Shown: positions 28,539-35,820 of the stretch, piece by piece
Layout: the number at the start of each line of letters is the position of its first letter
Numbering within the stretch: the stretch's first letter is position 1
Assembly: GCA_045634045.1 (NCBI GenBank)
Contig: JAZQZN010000003.1
Coordinates: 2,444 to 66,443, forward strand
Reading direction: 5' to 3'
Source: Candidatus Enterocola sp.
GTDB lineage: Bacteria > Bacteroidota > Bacteroidia > Bacteroidales > Paludibacteraceae
Length of the DNA stretch: 64,000 nucleotides
Position numbers and translations under genes: made by a program
Notes under the pieces: model-generated
The model's input: only the letters and a program-made list of their open reading frames with translations
Database searches by the model: none
Told to the model about the DNA's origin: nothing

Positions 28539-28603
28539 CCCTGCGTTGTGCTCGCAAACTCGCTTAACACAGGGTTATTACTAAGGACAACCCCTGCGGG
28601 GTA
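28539..28603 (-). repeat. REP-like structured repeat (copy D)
   Basis: CCCTGCGTTGTG..CTTAACACAGGGTTA..ACCCCTGCGGGGTA, 60 nt upstream of the PD-(D/E)XK start. Confidence 0.85.
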
Positions 28604-28968
28604 AGTTCTCGCTCCTAACTCCAAAACCGTCGGTTTCATCGGTGATTTTGGGACGCTACTGCCCATAGATTAACACAGGATCTCTTAACAAGAGAGCATT
28701 GATCACATCGCACAAAGAGCTCATAATTAGACAACAAGCCCGTGAGCCTATTGTAGGCGGGGTATTGGCTTTTAATCCGCTGAAAATCAATAATTTAACC
28801 GCTCTAAAATCTGCGCATAGTTATAGTCTAATCCGCACAAAGTTACGGACTATCAGTCACTTATGCAAACTTTTATTAAGTTTTTTTATAAATTAGGGTG
28901 ATTTTTAACGTTAGATTTTTACTGCCTTATGCTGATCGCGTTGGAGTGCTGCCATTAGAGCGGTATTG

Positions 28969-29190
28969 CTACAAAAAAACCTGCCGTTGTAGGGGCAGGT
29001 TGGTATGAGGATTGAGGGGGGGGGAGAAAAGATTATGATTTCTTACATCGTTGCTGCTATTTGCATATTCTTTTTCATATAAGCTACAGCGTCTGCAGAG
29101 TTCATGGGCGATTTCTTTAATTCTGCAATTTTCTGTAGTTTTCGCATCACCGCTTCTTGATGAAAGGTATTCAAATATTTCATTGTTCAT
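28969..29190 (-). CDS. hypothetical 73-aa protein
   Basis: ORF 28969..29265, trimmed to MNNEIFEYLSSRSG because a -7 box lies 20 nt upstream. No family recognised. The 3' end reads through a C9 tract and the terminator hairpin, so the true stop is uncertain. Confidence 0.35.
   Translation of the reverse strand: MNNEIFEYLSSRSGDAKTTENCRIKEIAHELCRRCSLYEKEYANSSNDVRNHNLFSPPLNPHTNLPLQRQVFL
28973..29001 (-). terminator. hairpin terminator (AACCTGCC-N8-GGCAGGTT + T-run on the minus strand)
   Basis: Stem 28978-28985 / 28994-29001, with an A-run at 28973-28979 on the plus strand. One of three related hairpins in the core. Confidence 0.6.
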
Positions 29191-29210
29191 ATTATTTCGT
29201 TTTCCTTTCG

Positions 29211-29218
29211 CAAATATA
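29211..29218 (-). promoter_or_regulatory. -7 promoter box TATATTTG (minus strand)
   Basis: The complement of CAAATATA matches TAnnTTTG, 20 nt upstream of the ATG at 29190. Confidence 0.45.
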
Positions 29219-29251
29219 CAATTTTTATTCATCCATCGCAAAGAGAACAAT

Positions 29252-29279
29252 AAAAAACCTGCCACATATTGGGCAGGTT
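29252..29279 (-). terminator. hairpin terminator (AACCTGCC-N8-GGCAGGTT + T-run on the minus strand)
   Basis: Stem 29256-29263 / 29272-29279, with an A-run at 29252-29257 on the plus strand. Confidence 0.6.
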
Positions 29280-29363
29280 ATTGAGTTAATTACGATTTTT
29301 TCTTTTTGCTAGGAAAAATACTTATTCCTGTAAATAAACAAACTAGTGCTATATTCAAGTAAT

Positions 29364-29465
29364 TTATGCATCTTTTTTGTTAGCTCTATACATTGCAATT
29401 AAAACGCATATTATACCGATTACAGAGATTGCTATTACGTATGCAAATAAATAAATTAGTGCCAT
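29364..29465 (-). CDS. 33-aa hydrophobic peptide (single TM + basic C-terminus)
   Basis: Hand-translated, below the ORF-track cutoff: MALIYLFAYVIAISVIGIICVLIAMYRANKKDA. The ATG lies 1 nt after the stop of the upstream membrane ORF, which suggests translational coupling. Confidence 0.45.
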   Translation of the reverse strand: MALIYLFAYVIAISVIGIICVLIAMYRANKKDA

Positions 29466-29466
29466 A

Positions 29467-29691
29467 TTATGCTCCTTTCTTTTTGTTAGATTTAGATAAT
29501 AAAACAAGCATTATTCCTAAAAGTGAGGATAATATTGATGCCAATATTCCCATTGTTAATAAAATTTGATTACTCAGGGTCTCAATTTGCATTACAACTA
29601 CCAACACAATGCCTCCAAATACTAGTTTTGACATGTCTAGCATGTACTCGCCCGATTTTATCAGGACTAATTCTCTTGTTTTCTTGTTCAT
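29467..29691 (-). CDS. 74-aa two-TM membrane protein
   Basis: ORF 29467..29763, trimmed to MNKKTRELVLIKSGEYMLDMSKLVFGGIVLVVVMQ...LGIMLVLLSKSNKKKGA. Two hydrophobic helices and a Lys-rich tail. A -7 box lies 30 nt upstream. Confidence 0.5.
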   Translation of the reverse strand: MNKKTRELVLIKSGEYMLDMSKLVFGGIVLVVVMQIETLSNQILLTMGILASILSSLLGIMLVLLSKSNKKKGA

Positions 29692-29720
29692 AAAAGATTG
29701 AATTAAATGGTTTGATTTCG

Positions 29721-29728
29721 CAAAGGTA
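29721..29728 (-). promoter_or_regulatory. -7 promoter box TACCTTTG (minus strand)
   Basis: The complement of CAAAGGTA matches TAnnTTTG, upstream of the ATG at 29691. Confidence 0.45.
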
Positions 29729-29763
29729 TAGATTATTGATATACTAAGCAAGGTTTGTCGCAC

Positions 29764-29792
29764 AAAAAAACTGCCGTTGGTGCGGCAGGTTT
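29764..29792 (-). terminator. hairpin (CTGCCG-N6-CGGCAG + T7 on the minus strand), related to the two hairpins above
   Basis: Stem 29771-29776 / 29783-29788, with an A7 run at 29764-29770 on the plus strand. It sits between the divergent promoters of the core. Confidence 0.45.
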
Positions 29793-29871
29793 GGTAAAAG
29801 GATTATCGCACAAAACTTGGGCACGGATGATTAGACGAATAGGATTACTTGATTTTATAATTTATTTCCGT

Positions 29872-29879
29872 TACCTTTG
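29872..29879 (+). promoter_or_regulatory. -7 promoter box TACCTTTG for the toxin-antitoxin-like pair
   Basis: Matches TAnnTTTG, 32 nt upstream of the ATG at 29911. Confidence 0.45.
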
Positions 29880-29910
29880 TGGCATATTCATCCATTTAAT
29901 TCTTTACATT

Positions 29911-30087
29911 ATGAACAGAAAACCAAAAGAGCCGTATTTTCAAGGCACAGAGCCTGTTTACGGCAAGGCGGCAAAACGCCTACATCGTCTAATTATGAAC
30001 CCTCCCAAGGCTACTCCCGAGGAAAAAGAAAGAATGAGACAGAATTGCGAGTATTTTAAAAGTATCTCAACTTGTAAATTGTTATGA
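29911..30087 (+). CDS. 58-aa protein, putative antitoxin partner of the GNAT toxin (family not recognised)
   Basis: ORF 29755..30087, trimmed to MNRKPKEPYF downstream of the -7 box. Its stop overlaps the GNAT start (ATGA, 30084-30087). The sequence does not look like DUF1778 to me. Confidence 0.4.
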   Translation: MNRKPKEPYFQGTEPVYGKAAKRLHRLIMNPPKATPEEKERMRQNCEYFKSISTCKLL

Positions 30088-30617
30088 ATTCATTTCTTCA
30101 AAACCGCAGGTTTCGCCAATTAGAAGAGGGCGAAATTATAAAATCGTTCAACTGCGGTGATGCTGAGTTGAACGATTTTATTTTAACCAAAGCTGATCTG
30201 TACAAAAAATCATTGCTATCCGTAACGTATATACTTGAAGAAGGCGATGTTACGCTTGCTTACTTTTCGTTGTCAAACGATAGTCTTCGACACGAAAACT
30301 TTCGCAACACATCTTCATTTAATCGATTAAATCGTAGAATAAATAACGCGAAGCGAATGCGCGAATATCCAGCCATTAAAATAGGCAGATTTGCGGTGAA
30401 CAATGATTGCAAACACAGTCGCATGGGCAGTTCTTTATTAGACCATATCAAATTGTCTCTTATCGAAAACCCACAATCTGGTTGCCGTTTTATTACGGTC
30501 GATGCCTATAACGATGCGGTGGGTTTCTACCAGCGCAACGGCTTTATGCTGGTCAATGAATTCCAAGCGGACAGGCGCACGCAACCCATGTTTTTTGACT
30601 TAGCGCAGCTGCTGTAA
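30084..30617 (+). CDS. GNAT-family acetyltransferase of the TA-toxin type (TacT/AtaT-like)
   Basis: 177 aa. The N-terminal FNCGDAELNDFIL, then YPAIKIGRFAVNNDCKHSRMGSSLL and NDAVGFYQRNGF, follow the pattern of GNAT toxins. It is 4-nt coupled to a small upstream ORF. Confidence 0.6.
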   Translation: MNSFLQNRRFRQLEEGEIIKSFNCGDAELNDFILTKADLYKKSLLSVTYILEEGDVTLAYFSLSNDSLRHENFRNTSSFNRLNRRINNAKRMREYPAIKIGRFAVNNDCKHSRMGSSLLDHIKLSLIENPQSGCRFITVDAYNDAVGFYQRNGFMLVNEFQADRRTQPMFFDLAQLL

Positions 30618-30648
30618 TCAGCAACAAAACTACAGTAATTTATAGTTG

Positions 30649-30690
30649 AATTACCACTTCAATTAACACGATTGATGTGGTAATTTTTTT
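30649..30690 (+). terminator. rho-independent terminator after the GNAT gene
   Basis: AATTACCAC..GTGGTAATT stem followed by a T-run ending at 30690. Confidence 0.7.
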
Positions 30691-30868
30691 ATGTCTTCAC
30701 ATTCTGCATTTTTACGTCTATATCCTACTTATTACCCGTTACTTTTCTACAAAACAAGTAGTGCATTTTAACAAACTCTCTTGTTAAGAGATCCTGTGTT
30801 AATCTATGGGCAGTAACGCCCCAAAACCACCGATGAAACCGACGGTTTTGGAGTTAGGAGTGAGAACT

Positions 30869-30933
30869 TACCCCGCAGGGGTTGTCCTTGGTAATAACCC
30901 TGTGTTAAACGAGCTTGCGAGCGCAACGCAGGG
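30869..30933 (+). repeat. REP-like structured repeat (copy E)
   Basis: TACCCCGCAGGGGTTGTCCTTGGTAATAACCCTGTGTTAAACGAGCTTGCGAGCGCAACGCAGGG. Confidence 0.85.
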
Positions 30934-30994
30934 ATAGGAAAAGGTGGGACTATGCTTCGTGAGTGATGGGACGTAAATACCTAAAACAAACGCA

Positions 30995-31621
30995 ATGAAA
31001 AGCAACAGAACGCACATGCCTCAATTGATGGTTGATCAGACCGAGAAAAATGGCAAAGCAGAATGCATGATGGATTATGTAATATCGTGGTGCTTGCGCA
31101 GGGCTGATGTTATTTGCAAGGACGAAAAACCCATTCTATACAGCCATTGCCGTTATATGCTTGCCATGCTGTTGGGTCTGCCAGATTATAGCAACCTATT
31201 GTTTCGTGATGTAAAAGTATGGAAGCAAAATCAAGAAATTGATTTGTGGGTAGAGTTGAAGGTTGAAGAAGATGGGTTGTTGACAAAGCATGCCATACTA
31301 ATAGAAAACAAGTATTTGACGGGCTTGCACGATGCAACCGATGTAGATGGTGTAAAAAGGAATCAGTTAGTAGCGTACAAAAATAAGTTCGATGCGCACT
31401 TTAACAGTCAATCAGAAACGTGGCAAAAACATTACGCCCTAATAACCTGTTTAGAAAGAAATAGCGCACCTTTTAAAAGACATTTTGGCAACCTAACAGA
31501 AGTCGATACCAAACCAGCATTCAAATTGTTTTCGTTTTATGAGTTACTCGAAAACGACATACAAACCGAAAGCGACCTATTCAACGAATTTTGGTACCGT
31601 TGGGGCGATGCAAGCTTTTAA
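30995..31621 (+). CDS. PD-(D/E)XK nuclease-superfamily protein (PDDEXK_4-like), first gene of arm B
   Basis: 208 aa. Differs from the 27852-28478 product at 32 positions, 26 of them within aa 54-101. Confidence 0.6.
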   Translation: MKSNRTHMPQLMVDQTEKNGKAECMMDYVISWCLRRADVICKDEKPILYSHCRYMLAMLLGLPDYSNLLFRDVKVWKQNQEIDLWVELKVEEDGLLTKHAILIENKYLTGLHDATDVDGVKRNQLVAYKNKFDAHFNSQSETWQKHYALITCLERNSAPFKRHFGNLTEVDTKPAFKLFSFYELLENDIQTESDLFNEFWYRWGDASF

Positions 31622-31622
31622 T

Positions 31623-31687
31623 TACCCCGCAGGGGTTGTCCTTGGTAATAACCCTGTGTTAAGCGAGCTTGCGAGCGCAACGCAGGG
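31623..31687 (+). repeat. REP-like structured repeat (copy F)
   Basis: Differs from copy E at one position by eye. Starts 1 nt after the PD-(D/E)XK stop. Confidence 0.85.
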
Positions 31688-31791
31688 ATAGGAAAGCGCC
31701 CCTCCCTCACCCGAAGCGCAGCGAGGGTGCAACCAAACGAAAATAACACGTGTAAACACGAAAAAAATAAACAAACAAAATATCGATATTT

Positions 31792-34700
31792 ATGAAAAAT
31801 TTTACAAACAATTTTAAACAATTTACCTCGCGCCTAAGCGCAAGGTGGCTTATCATGGCCCTAATGATGCTTGTGGGAACAAGTAGTGCGTGGGGAAAAG
31901 ATTTTTATTTAATTCCTGGGTGTTGGGATACAGATGGTGCTAAATACTCTGTCAATTACTTTGGAGGAACAGGAGTGACTCAAAGTTTTACAGATTTTGC
32001 TGAATCTGTTACTATAGGTGAAAAAACATACTATAAAGTAACAGGTGTGCATGATAATGCAACAACAATTATCTGGGTTAGACATAATAGTTCCGCCACA
32101 AAACCATCATGGGATAACAAATGGAATCAAACTAATGACATAACTGTAAAAGCTAATTATAATGTTGTTGAAATTACAGGATGGGATCAATCAAACTATA
32201 AATATTCGACAAAAGTAACAGAATGCAACGCTGTAACAAAACCTACAATTACCCTAGCTTCTAGTCCTGTAAAATGTGGAGTATATGTTACTGCGGGCTT
32301 AATTACTATTGATGGTTATGATGCTAACACATATACTTATACTTTAAACAAGGATGGTAATGCTACAACTATTGTATACAACGATGGTTATGCTATTACC
32401 GAAGAAGGTTCATATACAGTTACTGCAGATGTGTCTGAAAATTCTTGTGGAGCTCAAACTTCTGAGCCTCAAGAAGTGACTGTTACTGACAATACACCAA
32501 CCATTAATAATTTTGCCGTAACGGCTGCTTCTGATAAAGTTTGTAAAGGAAGTTCTGTAAAACTTACTGCAACTTATGTTAATGGCGCTACTTATGCTTG
32601 GTACAAAGGCGATTCTGCAACACCTATAAGTAGTGCTACTGAATATATCTATTCTCCAATAATCACAGAGAATTCAACATTTAAAGTGGTAGTAACTAAA
32701 ACCAATAATGGATGTCCTGCAACAGCAGAAGCTACAAGCACAATTCAAGTAATAGAGCCTGCTGCCGCTCCAACTCTTAACCCAACTAGCGCGACTGTTT
32801 GTGGTGGCGAAGCGTTTGAACTTCCAAATATAGACGGAGTTACATGGAGTTTGGACGATGAAACTACAATAGTTAACCAACCTGGTATTGCAAATAATAC
32901 AGATGCAGCTATTATTAAAACATTCCAGGCCGTGAAAGAAGTTGACGGTTGCCCTTCTGCACCTGCAGACTATAAGGTTACCGTTAACCCAACTCCTGTT
33001 ATTACTGGCGAAAGCGTAGCTCAACCAGGCAAGACAAATGCTATCACATTAAAATTACAAGGAACACTTGAAGCAACTTGGAAAATTAGTGGTGGCGATA
33101 TTGATAAAGCACAAGGAAATAGCATTCAATTCTCTGCAGAAACAAACGACATCTACACTATTACCGCAACTACCGAAGAGGACTGTTTTGCTACTCATGT
33201 AGTTACTGTAGCAGATGCATTCTACATTTGGGTACGTAATGCGAAAGAAAGTGATACTGCATATGGTCAGTTTTACTATCCTAACGAGAACTCAGAAGCA
33301 GTTCGTGGTGGTGAGATGTTCTATGCAGAATGTGATAACCTTCCTACAAATGGAAATACTCTACTAGATACACACTATAAAAATTATAACAAAGGTGGGC
33401 GCAAAGCTGATTTAGTAAAAGACGACTGCGACGGATACATATGGTATGGTTTTAAAGCTAGTGCAGACGTAATAGCAGGTACTAAATATTTCTATGTTCA
33501 TGCTACAAATGACCTAAGTGATGGTGGCTACTATACCCACTCAAAACCACTAAAGAGCGCCTTATCTGGTGATGTATATTATACACTAGGAACTACTGGA
33601 GATAGTTATAGTGGTTGGAATCTATCAACTGCTTCTGCTCCTTACGCAGGTCCTAAGGTTCACGCTTCTGGTGATGCTAAATTCAATGCAAACAACTTTG
33701 CAGATTTCGTTTCACTATACGTAACAGACTGTTCAGGTAATGAAGTTATAGGTTATCAATGGAGTTATACAGCACCAACATGTACTTATATTGGTAAGGA
33801 AACTGTAACTATGAGTGCTTCTACTTCAAACAATATACGTGTACGTGAAGCTGGAGATTACACTTGTACTGTAACATACAAAGATGGTAATACAGCAACA
33901 TCTCCAGCGTTAACAGTTTCTATAGGTGCAACCAACACACCAGCACTAGCAGAATTCACATCAAACCTACCAATTATTATGGTTAACACCAATGGCGAAG
34001 GTTTCCCAGATTGTACAGGTTTGAGCGGTCAAACTGCATCAAAAAATGCTTCTACATTGAAGGCTAAACGTTCTGTTGACGTAATTATCAAAGATGGCAA
34101 CAACATTATTTACGACCGCAAAGCTCGTATGAACTATCGTGGTTCTTCTTCTCTAAACTTTGTGAAGAAATCTTACGCATTCTGCCCTGGTGAAGCAGAT
34201 TGCGTGGAAGATAAGGGACGTCAAGACTACGTTAAAACAGCTAAATTGAATATGTTAGGTTTAGGCGAGGCTTATGATAAAGATTGGGTTCTTTACGCAG
34301 CTGCAGCAGACCCTTCACTTATGCGTAACCGTCTTGTATTTGATTCATACACTGCTATGACTGGTGAATGGGGTGTACAAAGCCGTTATGTTGAACTTAT
34401 TGTAGACGGCGAATACAAAGGTGTTTACGTGTTTATGGATAAAATAACCATGAACGATAATCGCGTAAAGGTAAACAAAAATACAGGATTTATTGTAAAA
34501 TTTGATAAGACAGATAAGGAAGACCGTATAGGTGGTTATAACGGTGTGTATGGAGATGAAAAAACTTTTGCTACCGATTTAACAGGACGCAAGGACATTA
34601 GTACATACGATACATCAGTAGACCAACTATTCGAAATTGAATATCCAGAGAAAGACGATTATCCAACTGGTTGGGGTAATAGAACTACCGCAATTAAGAA

Positions 34701-35781
34701 CATGTTCAATAACTTCGAGAATGCACTTAAAGATGGTGATTTTACTACCGTTCAACAATACATTGACTACACATCTTGGGCAGATTGGTTTATTATAAAC
34801 GAATATACCAAAAACGTAGATGCCTACAGAGCAAGTTGTATCTTCGTTTATACAGGCGAAGCAGGTGCTAAAATTGAGGCTCGTCCACTTTGGGACCAAG
34901 AGTTGAGTTTTAACAATACAGCAACAACAGTGGGTAATGGTAAAGCATGTAATAGCACCTCAGGATTACTAGTTGAACATGACGAGGTTTATAAAGATGG
35001 TTTCCCTGCTCCATTCTGGTTTACTGGTAATTATTCTACTTCAAATGGTCAGTTTACTAAAGACAAATACAAAGGACTACTTGACGACCCTTGCTTCGTA
35101 CAAGTAGTAAAAGAACGTTGGGAAACTCACAAAGCAGGTGCATTGAGCGAAGCTTCACTACAAGATCGTATCACTGAGTACTACAATGATTTAGCAGATT
35201 ATGACGAATCAACTAAGACATACGCACAAACAAGTGCTAAAACTCGTGAGGAGGCGTTCTGGACTAATAAAAGTCGTGGTGCTTGCGATTGTAGTTATGA
35301 TACAACAAATGATACTGCAACTGGTTATTCTAATGTAACCATGGATGATTCTAAAGGAACTATGGACACATGGGTACTAGATGCTCAACGTAGAGCAGGC
35401 TTATCAACAGCATTGAGCGGTTTAACTGGTACTACAATGAATATTCAAATTATTCCATCTTCTCAAGAAACAACACCATGGGAAGCAGCTACAATTACTA
35501 TTAACAAATCTGAAGGTTATGACTATACTTTAGAAAATGATTTAGAGGCGGTTAGTGGTGTAGTAGTACAAAAAAATGGTCAAAGCATAACATATCGCAT
35601 ACCTCGTCCTGCAAGCTGGGGTACTGGAGATGGCAATGATGGTCGTGAGGATGTTACCTATACCATAACTGCTACCCTAAACGTAGCAGACGGAACTATG
35701 GTTTGTGGTACTACAACAGCTCCAAGTTCAACTGCTACCATTATCCTTCAAGACGAAAAAGATGAGAATTGTCCTCAATAA
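31792..35781 (+). CDS. giant secreted CotH-family (atypical kinase-like) protein (module B, component 1)
   Basis: 1329 aa. The first 32 aa are identical to the 1377-aa paralog. N-terminal CBM-like module and Cys-containing Ig-like repeats. CotH blocks lie at ~34067-34911: RMNYRGSSSLNFVKKSYAF, DKDWVLYAAAADPSLMRN, YKGVYVFMDKIT, FEIEYPE, ADWFIINEYTKNVDAYRAS, PLWDQELSF. No T9SS tail. Confidence 0.85.
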   Translation: MKNFTNNFKQFTSRLSARWLIMALMMLVGTSSAWGKDFYLIPGCWDTDGAKYSVNYFGGTGVTQSFTDFAESVTIGEKTYYKVTGVHDNATTIIWVRHNSSATKPSWDNKWNQTNDITVKANYNVVEITGWDQSNYKYSTKVTECNAVTKPTITLASSPVKCGVYVTAGLITIDGYDANTYTYTLNKDGNATTIVYNDGYAITEEGSYTVTADVSENSCGAQTSEPQEVTVTDNTPTINNFAVTAASDKVCKGSSVKLTATYVNGATYAWYKGDSATPISSATEYIYSPIITENSTFKVVVTKTNNGCPATAEATSTIQVIEPAAAPTLNPTSATVCGGEAFELPNIDGVTWSLDDETTIVNQPGIANNTDAAIIKTFQAVKEVDGCPSAPADYKVTVNPTPVITGESVAQPGKTNAITLKLQGTLEATWKISGGDIDKAQGNSIQFSAETNDIYTITATTEEDCFATHVVTVADAFYIWVRNAKESDTAYGQFYYPNENSEAVRGGEMFYAECDNLPTNGNTLLDTHYKNYNKGGRKADLVKDDCDGYIWYGFKASADVIAGTKYFYVHATNDLSDGGYYTHSKPLKSALSGDVYYTLGTTGDSYSGWNLSTASAPYAGPKVHASGDAKFNANNFADFVSLYVTDCSGNEVIGYQWSYTAPTCTYIGKETVTMSASTSNNIRVREAGDYTCTVTYKDGNTATSPALTVSIGATNTPALAEFTSNLPIIMVNTNGEGFPDCTGLSGQTASKNASTLKAKRSVDVIIKDGNNIIYDRKARMNYRGSSSLNFVKKSYAFCPGEADCVEDKGRQDYVKTAKLNMLGLGEAYDKDWVLYAAAADPSLMRNRLVFDSYTAMTGEWGVQSRYVELIVDGEYKGVYVFMDKITMNDNRVKVNKNTGFIVKFDKTDKEDRIGGYNGVYGDEKTFATDLTGRKDISTYDTSVDQLFEIEYPEKDDYPTGWGNRTTAIKNMFNNFENALKDGDFTTVQQYIDYTSWADWFIINEYTKNVDAYRASCIFVYTGEAGAKIEARPLWDQELSFNNTATTVGNGKACNSTSGLLVEHDEVYKDGFPAPFWFTGNYSTSNGQFTKDKYKGLLDDPCFVQVVKERWETHKAGALSEASLQDRITEYYNDLADYDESTKTYAQTSAKTREEAFWTNKSRGACDCSYDTTNDTATGYSNVTMDDSKGTMDTWVLDAQRRAGLSTALSGLTGTTMNIQIIPSSQETTPWEAATITINKSEGYDYTLENDLEAVSGVVVQKNGQSITYRIPRPASWGTGDGNDGREDVTYTITATLNVADGTMVCGTTTAPSSTATIILQDEKDENCPQ

Positions 35782-35820
35782 ATTTAGAACCTTAGTAAGA
35801 ATAAAATAAAAATACACGAT

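Larger units (their letters stand above)
27583..28696. repeat. left copy of the ~1.1-kb inverted repeat (IR-L)
   Basis: Reverse complement of 30776-~31890. It spans the first ~32 codons of the CotH-like gene, its 170-nt leader, the PD-(D/E)XK gene and ~220 nt upstream. The outer end is approximate. Confidence 0.9.
30776..31890. repeat. right copy of the ~1.1-kb inverted repeat (IR-R)
   Basis: Reverse complement of ~27583-28696. The inner end begins with the CTCTCTTGTTAAGAGA hairpin. The outer end lies ~100 nt into the CotH-like ORF. Confidence 0.9.

Noticed and set aside
28699-28896. 65-aa plus-strand ORF at the left end of the core.
   Set aside because: No promoter box, no coupling and an unremarkable sequence. 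The 28697-28968 stretch is left unassigned and could be a gene remnant or an ncRNA; I have no evidence for either.
31746-31753. ACACGTGT palindrome in the shared CotH leader (also present in IR-L), as a possible operator.
   Set aside because: An 8-bp palindrome is expected by chance at this scale. There is no second half-site or other support.
27583-31890. The inverted repeats as the ends of an IS element or composite transposon.
   Set aside because: There is no transposase or integrase ORF in or near the repeats. The repeats contain a complete PD-(D/E)XK gene and the 5' ends of the CotH-like genes, and no target-site duplication was evident.
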